The position numbers and the translations under genes are program-made. Positions 59,990 through 64,000 of a stretch of DNA of 64,000 nucleotides are shown in pieces. Below the pieces are notes generated by a model. The model saw only the letters and a program-made list of their open reading frames with translations, had not been told where the DNA came from and did no database searches. Numbering within the stretch: position 1 is the first letter of the stretch; every line of letters begins with the position of its first letter. This stretch comes from the human T2T-CHM13v2.0 reference genome, Homo sapiens: contig CP086569.2 in assembly GCA_009914755.4 (NCBI GenBank), positions 6,976,001 through 7,040,000 of the forward strand, read 5' to 3'.

Positions 59990-60215
59990 CACTGTCTACC
60001 ACTTTCCCAAAGTTATTTATTTTTTCTCTCCATCACTGAGCACTTTCTACTGGTTTGTACCCTTTTCTTACTTACTTTGTTTATTGTCTTCCTCATCCCA
60101 CTAGAATGCAAACTCCAGGCAGGCAAGGAATTTGGTCTTTGGTTGGGTTTGTTGAAACCCTGGCACCTAGAACAGTATCTGATAACGTAGGTGTTGCATT
60201 CCTCATGTGAAACTG
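59990..60215 (+). mobile_element. MIR (mammalian-wide interspersed repeat) fragment
   Basis: ctagaatgcaaactccaggcaggcaaggaatttggtctttggttgggtttgttgaaaccctggcacctagaacagtatctgataacgtaggtgttg matches the MIR core region (..cctagaacagtgcctggcacatagtaggtgctc..). Confidence 0.55.
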
Positions 60216-60374
60216 TATTAGTGATGATTCTCCTCCATCATGCTGTATTTTCATTTGCAGTCATGGTATGACATTATGAATAAGGTTCATTGTAATTTAT
60301 CTAGTTGCCTAAGAAAAAGAGAATTAAATGGTTTGCCACTTTTATGTTACAAACAATACTACATAAAATAATCA

Positions 60375-60690
<316 letters not shown>

Positions 60691-61384
60691 AATTGTTATA
60701 AACCATCTTTCCCTATTCCTTCAACTTCTGAACTTTGCAACTAATCACATAGTAAAGGGTTTCCATGTCATGTTAGGTTATTAATGCCAAATAAAACTTT
60801 CATTAATTTTATTTTTTATGAGTGCCCATTTTGTGTTTTATTTCATAGTCTGTGTGTAACGTGAATATTCGCTAGTAGTTGTGGACCTGCCATATTTAGG
60901 TAACATTTGGAAGTAAATTAGTAGATGTGTTGAAGTAGTTTATTGTCTCTTCTGCCAGTTATTTTGAATAATAGATTACAGTGCATTTTATTTCTATATT
61001 GAGAATTATTTTTGTTCCTAGGTTTACCCATCTGCTTTGTATTGGTTAAGTGATAGCTGCTCATGGAATATATTTTTTGCTAAAATTTACATTTAGGCTG
61101 CTGGAAATCTCCTTTTTTCCAGAACTCTTTAGTACCTCAGAGTTTTTCCTACAGGCATTCCAGACTTTGTCACACATTTACTTTTTGATATATCCCCACT
61201 ATCACTGGCATTCTCTTGACAACTTAAAAACAAGCCAGTAGCTGGCCAGATGAAAAGAACTCCTTAAATATCAGGCTACCATTGTCCTTTCAAGACTGTA
61301 AGGGATTATTAAGTCTCCTGTGTGGTTCAAAAAACAAGACAAAAAAAGAGAACAACATTAAGAAGATGGAAAACTCTGTTATGC

Positions 61385-61695
61385 CAGACACAGTGGCTCA
61401 CACCTGTAATCCCAGCACTTCGGCGGGCAAAGGCAGGAGGATCACTTCAGCCCAGGAATTCAAGACCAGCCTGGGCAACATAGCAAGACCCTGTCTCTAC
61501 AAAAAATTAAAAAAATGAGTTGAGTGTGGTGATGGTGTGCACCTGTGGCTGCAGCTACTTGGGAGACTAAGGTGGGAGGTTTACTTGAGCCCCAGAGGTA
61601 GAGACTGCAGTGAGCTATGATTGCACCACTGCACTCCAGTGCAGGTGACAGAGCAAGACCCTGTCTCAAAAAATAAAATAAAATAAAATAAATAA
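61385..61695 (+). mobile_element. Alu SINE (abutting or inserted into the ERV pol remnant)
   Basis: Alu sense consensus with an (AAAAT)n tail at about 61665-61695. Confidence 0.9.
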
Positions 61696-61923
61696 AGAAG
61701 AGGAAGAGGCTGCTGTGCTGGTGAGCCATTTCCCCTGGGTAAAATAAAGCCCCAACTTGTAGCCTTTGACAGCTTCTGTGATGTAAATGCTTATTCTTCC
61801 CATAATTGATCTCACTGTCTCACTGTATCTGGGGATCCATAGTCGGCAAAAGCTGGTGATTCCAAGGAACCCCTGCATCTGTTTTAATATCTTAGGGTGA
61901 GGATAAGCCAGTATAGGCTGTAT

Positions 61924-62816
61924 TCATTCCTTGCTGAGGGCCCTCATCCCTCTAGCTAAGATTAGGCCTAGATATTTGATCTGCTGTAGGCAAAGCTGGG
62001 CCTTTGACCTAGATGCCTTGTACCCTTGATTAGCTAGAAAATTCAAGAGCTCTACAGTAGCCTGCTGGCATAAGGCTTCTGAACTGGTAGCCAGAAGTAA
62101 ATCATCCACATACTGAAGGATCAGAGTGCCTGGACTGGAGAAGTGGCCTAGACTGTGGGCCAGTGCCTGACCAAACAGATGAAGGCTATCCCTAAACCTT
62201 TGGGGCAAGACCATCCATGTAAGTTGGGACATGTGGTCTGTGGGATCCTCAAAGGCAAAGAGAAACTGAGAGAGTGCAGCGGAATACAGAAAAAGGCATC
62301 TTGGAGGTCCCGAACAGTGAACCATTCTGTTTCCTCTGGTATTTGAGAGATGAGGGTATAGGGGTTGGGTATAACTGGATATAGAGGAATTACTGCCTCA
62401 TTGATGAGTCTAAGCTCTTGCACTAGTCTCCACTGACCATTTGGTTTTTGAACTCCTAGAATTGGGGTGTTGCAAGGACTGCTGCATTTCCTTACTAAGC
62501 CTTGAGCTTTTAAATGTTTAACAATATCCTGTAATCCTTTATGAGCTTCAGGCCTTAAGACATATTGCCATTGATAAGGAAAAGTGATGGGAACTTTTAG
62601 CCTGATTTGGACTGGGAGGGCATTTTTTGCCCTTCCAAATTGTCCTTCCAATCCCCAGACTTCAGGGTTGATTCCCTCCTCAAGTAGGGCACAGCAAATG
62701 GGTAACTTGTTCCCCATATTCATGTGGATAATAAGTCCAGTTTTGGCTAATATATCCCTCCCTAATAAGAGTGTGGGACTTTCAGGCATAACAAGAAAGG
62801 CGTGTGAAAAGAGCAA
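61924..62816 (-). CDS. ERV pro-pol remnant: protease C-terminus plus reverse-transcriptase fingers/palm including the YVDD active site. The 222-aa and 133-aa ORFs are in different frames (frameshifted)
   Basis: Six-frame ORFs 62148..62816(-) and 61924..62325(-). Their motifs are as listed for the ERV feature. Confidence 0.75.
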
Positions 62817-63294
62817 AATCTCCCAATTCCAACTGAGGAGGTGGGAGAAATCCCTGGTTACAGGCTGTCCCAGGATTCCTCAGATGGTAATGGACCTTGA
62901 GGACAGTCATCAAGGACAGGAGATTAACACTGAGAAGGCTGTGCCAGTGTCCAGGAGGAAGTCAATTTCCTGGACCTCAATGGTTATACATACACAGGGC
63001 TCAGTGAGGGTGGTGATATGTGTTGGCACTTGCCCTGGGCACCCTCAGTCCTGTTGTTGGATCATCTGGTTGGGGGCTTCTGGCCCAGAGAACCAATGCA
63101 TTCTGGGGCAGTCTGCCTTCCAGTGATTGCCTTGGCATAGTGGACATGGATGAGGGGGCAGCTTGTTTCTCTTTGGACAGTCTTTTTTAAAGTGTCCTTG
63201 TAAGCCACACTGATAACAAGCCCTACCAGGTGATTGGCCTGCTCCATTTTCTGTCCTTTCTGAACCACCAAGTTTGTTTATTTGAGGGCCATGA

Positions 63295-63746
63295 CTAAGG
63301 CTGTGGCCTTTCTTTCATCTCGCTTTTCCTCTTGGGCCTGTTTCTTTTGGTCCCTATTATACAATACCAAGGTTGCCTCCAGATTTTGTTCAGGGCACAG
63401 GGCTCACTTGTGGAGCTTTCTCCTGATATCTGTGATTGGGTAATAACCTTATGTTTTAGGATCAGTTGACCCTCTAGTGAGTCTGGTGACAGGGGAGTAT
63501 ATTTTCTTAGGCCTCCCATAGCCCCTTGAGGAAGACAGAAGGATTTTCTTTCTTTCCCTGAGTTATGGTGGACATGATTGAATAATTCATGGGATGTTTC
63601 CTAATTCTCCTTAGTGCTTCTAGAACACAAGTCAGCAAATGTTTATGACTCCAGTCCCCATGATCTGAGTCAAGGTCCCAGTGGGGATCCATACTGGGGA
63701 TGGCTTGCTGACTGGTATGGAATTTGTCCCTTTCTTCAGCTGTCAT
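63295..63746 (-). CDS. ERV gag (capsid) remnant, split across two frames
   Basis: ORFs 63507..63746(-) and 63295..63519(-) resemble the MLV capsid MHR region ([34 protein letters not shown]). Confidence 0.7.
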
Positions 63747-64000
63747 TCTATCATTTACTTGATTAAGATACCAGGTATCTCCAAACTCTTAGGCTGCAGC
63801 TAAAGCCACATTCTTTTCATTGAAGGCGAGGGTTTGATCTAACAATAGCATGACATCTCTCCAAGTGAGATCAAAGGTTTGCCCTAGACTCTGTAGAACA
63901 TCCATGCACCTATCAGGATCATCTGAAAACTTCCCCAGGTCTGCGTTGATCTGCTTTAAATCAGAGAGGGAGAAGGGGACATGTAGCCGGGTTGGGCCAA

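Larger units (their letters stand above)
61690..64000 (-). mobile_element. Endogenous retrovirus internal region (class I, gammaretrovirus-like; gag-pro-pol), running off the right edge of the window. Only the 5'-ward half of the provirus is in view
   Basis: Minus-strand ORFs carry the capsid major-homology-region-like ITQGKKENPSVFLKGLWEA..LRKYTPLSPDSLEGQLILK (63295-63746), the protease motif LLGRDILAKTG, and reverse-transcriptase segments VIPNPYTLISQIPEETEWFTVRDLQDAFFCIPL, SQLTWMVLPQRFRDSLHLFGQAL, LQYVDDLLLA and FLGITSFCRLWIP (61666-62816). These resemble MLV and HERV-W/HERV9-group pol as recalled. Confidence 0.8.

Overview
This window is primate (almost certainly human) nuclear DNA, not a prokaryotic locus. 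It is dominated by about 60 Alu SINEs, several LINE-1 fragments, a MIR, microsatellites and minisatellites. I find no operons, CRISPR arrays, tRNA or rRNA genes. One real gene is recognisable: the 3' portion of a PRKX-family cAMP-dependent protein kinase locus on the + strand. Five canonical GT-AG coding exons lie at 2230-2493, 17439-17558, 32456-32551, 43679-43756 and 48066-48191 (the last includes the stop codon). Together they encode residues matching PRKX from [16 protein letters not shown] to the C-terminal EIFKNF. The 58-nt exon that in PRKX encodes DLIKKLLVVDRTRRLGNMK is not visible between the third and fourth exons. Splicing 32551 directly to 43679 shifts the frame into a TGA at 43695-43697. 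Several residues also differ from PRKX as I recall it. Both points fit PRKY, the Y-linked transcribed pseudogene that has lost a coding exon, and I favour PRKY over PRKX. I cannot verify this without an alignment, and the identification rests partly on recalled protein sequence. Other notable items follow. A 58-bp GC-rich VNTR runs directly into the splice acceptor of the first exon. A 24-bp minisatellite of about 1.4 kb lies upstream of it. A U6 snRNA retropseudogene sits at about 54992-55103. A gammaretrovirus-like (class I) endogenous retrovirus lies on the minus strand at about 61690-64000. It contains gag (capsid major homology region) and pro-pol (protease GRD motif, reverse transcriptase YVDD motif) and runs off the right edge of the window. 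Two local tandem duplications are also present. Alu coordinates are approximate (about +/-15 bp), and interspersed-repeat family assignments come from recognising consensus motifs by eye.
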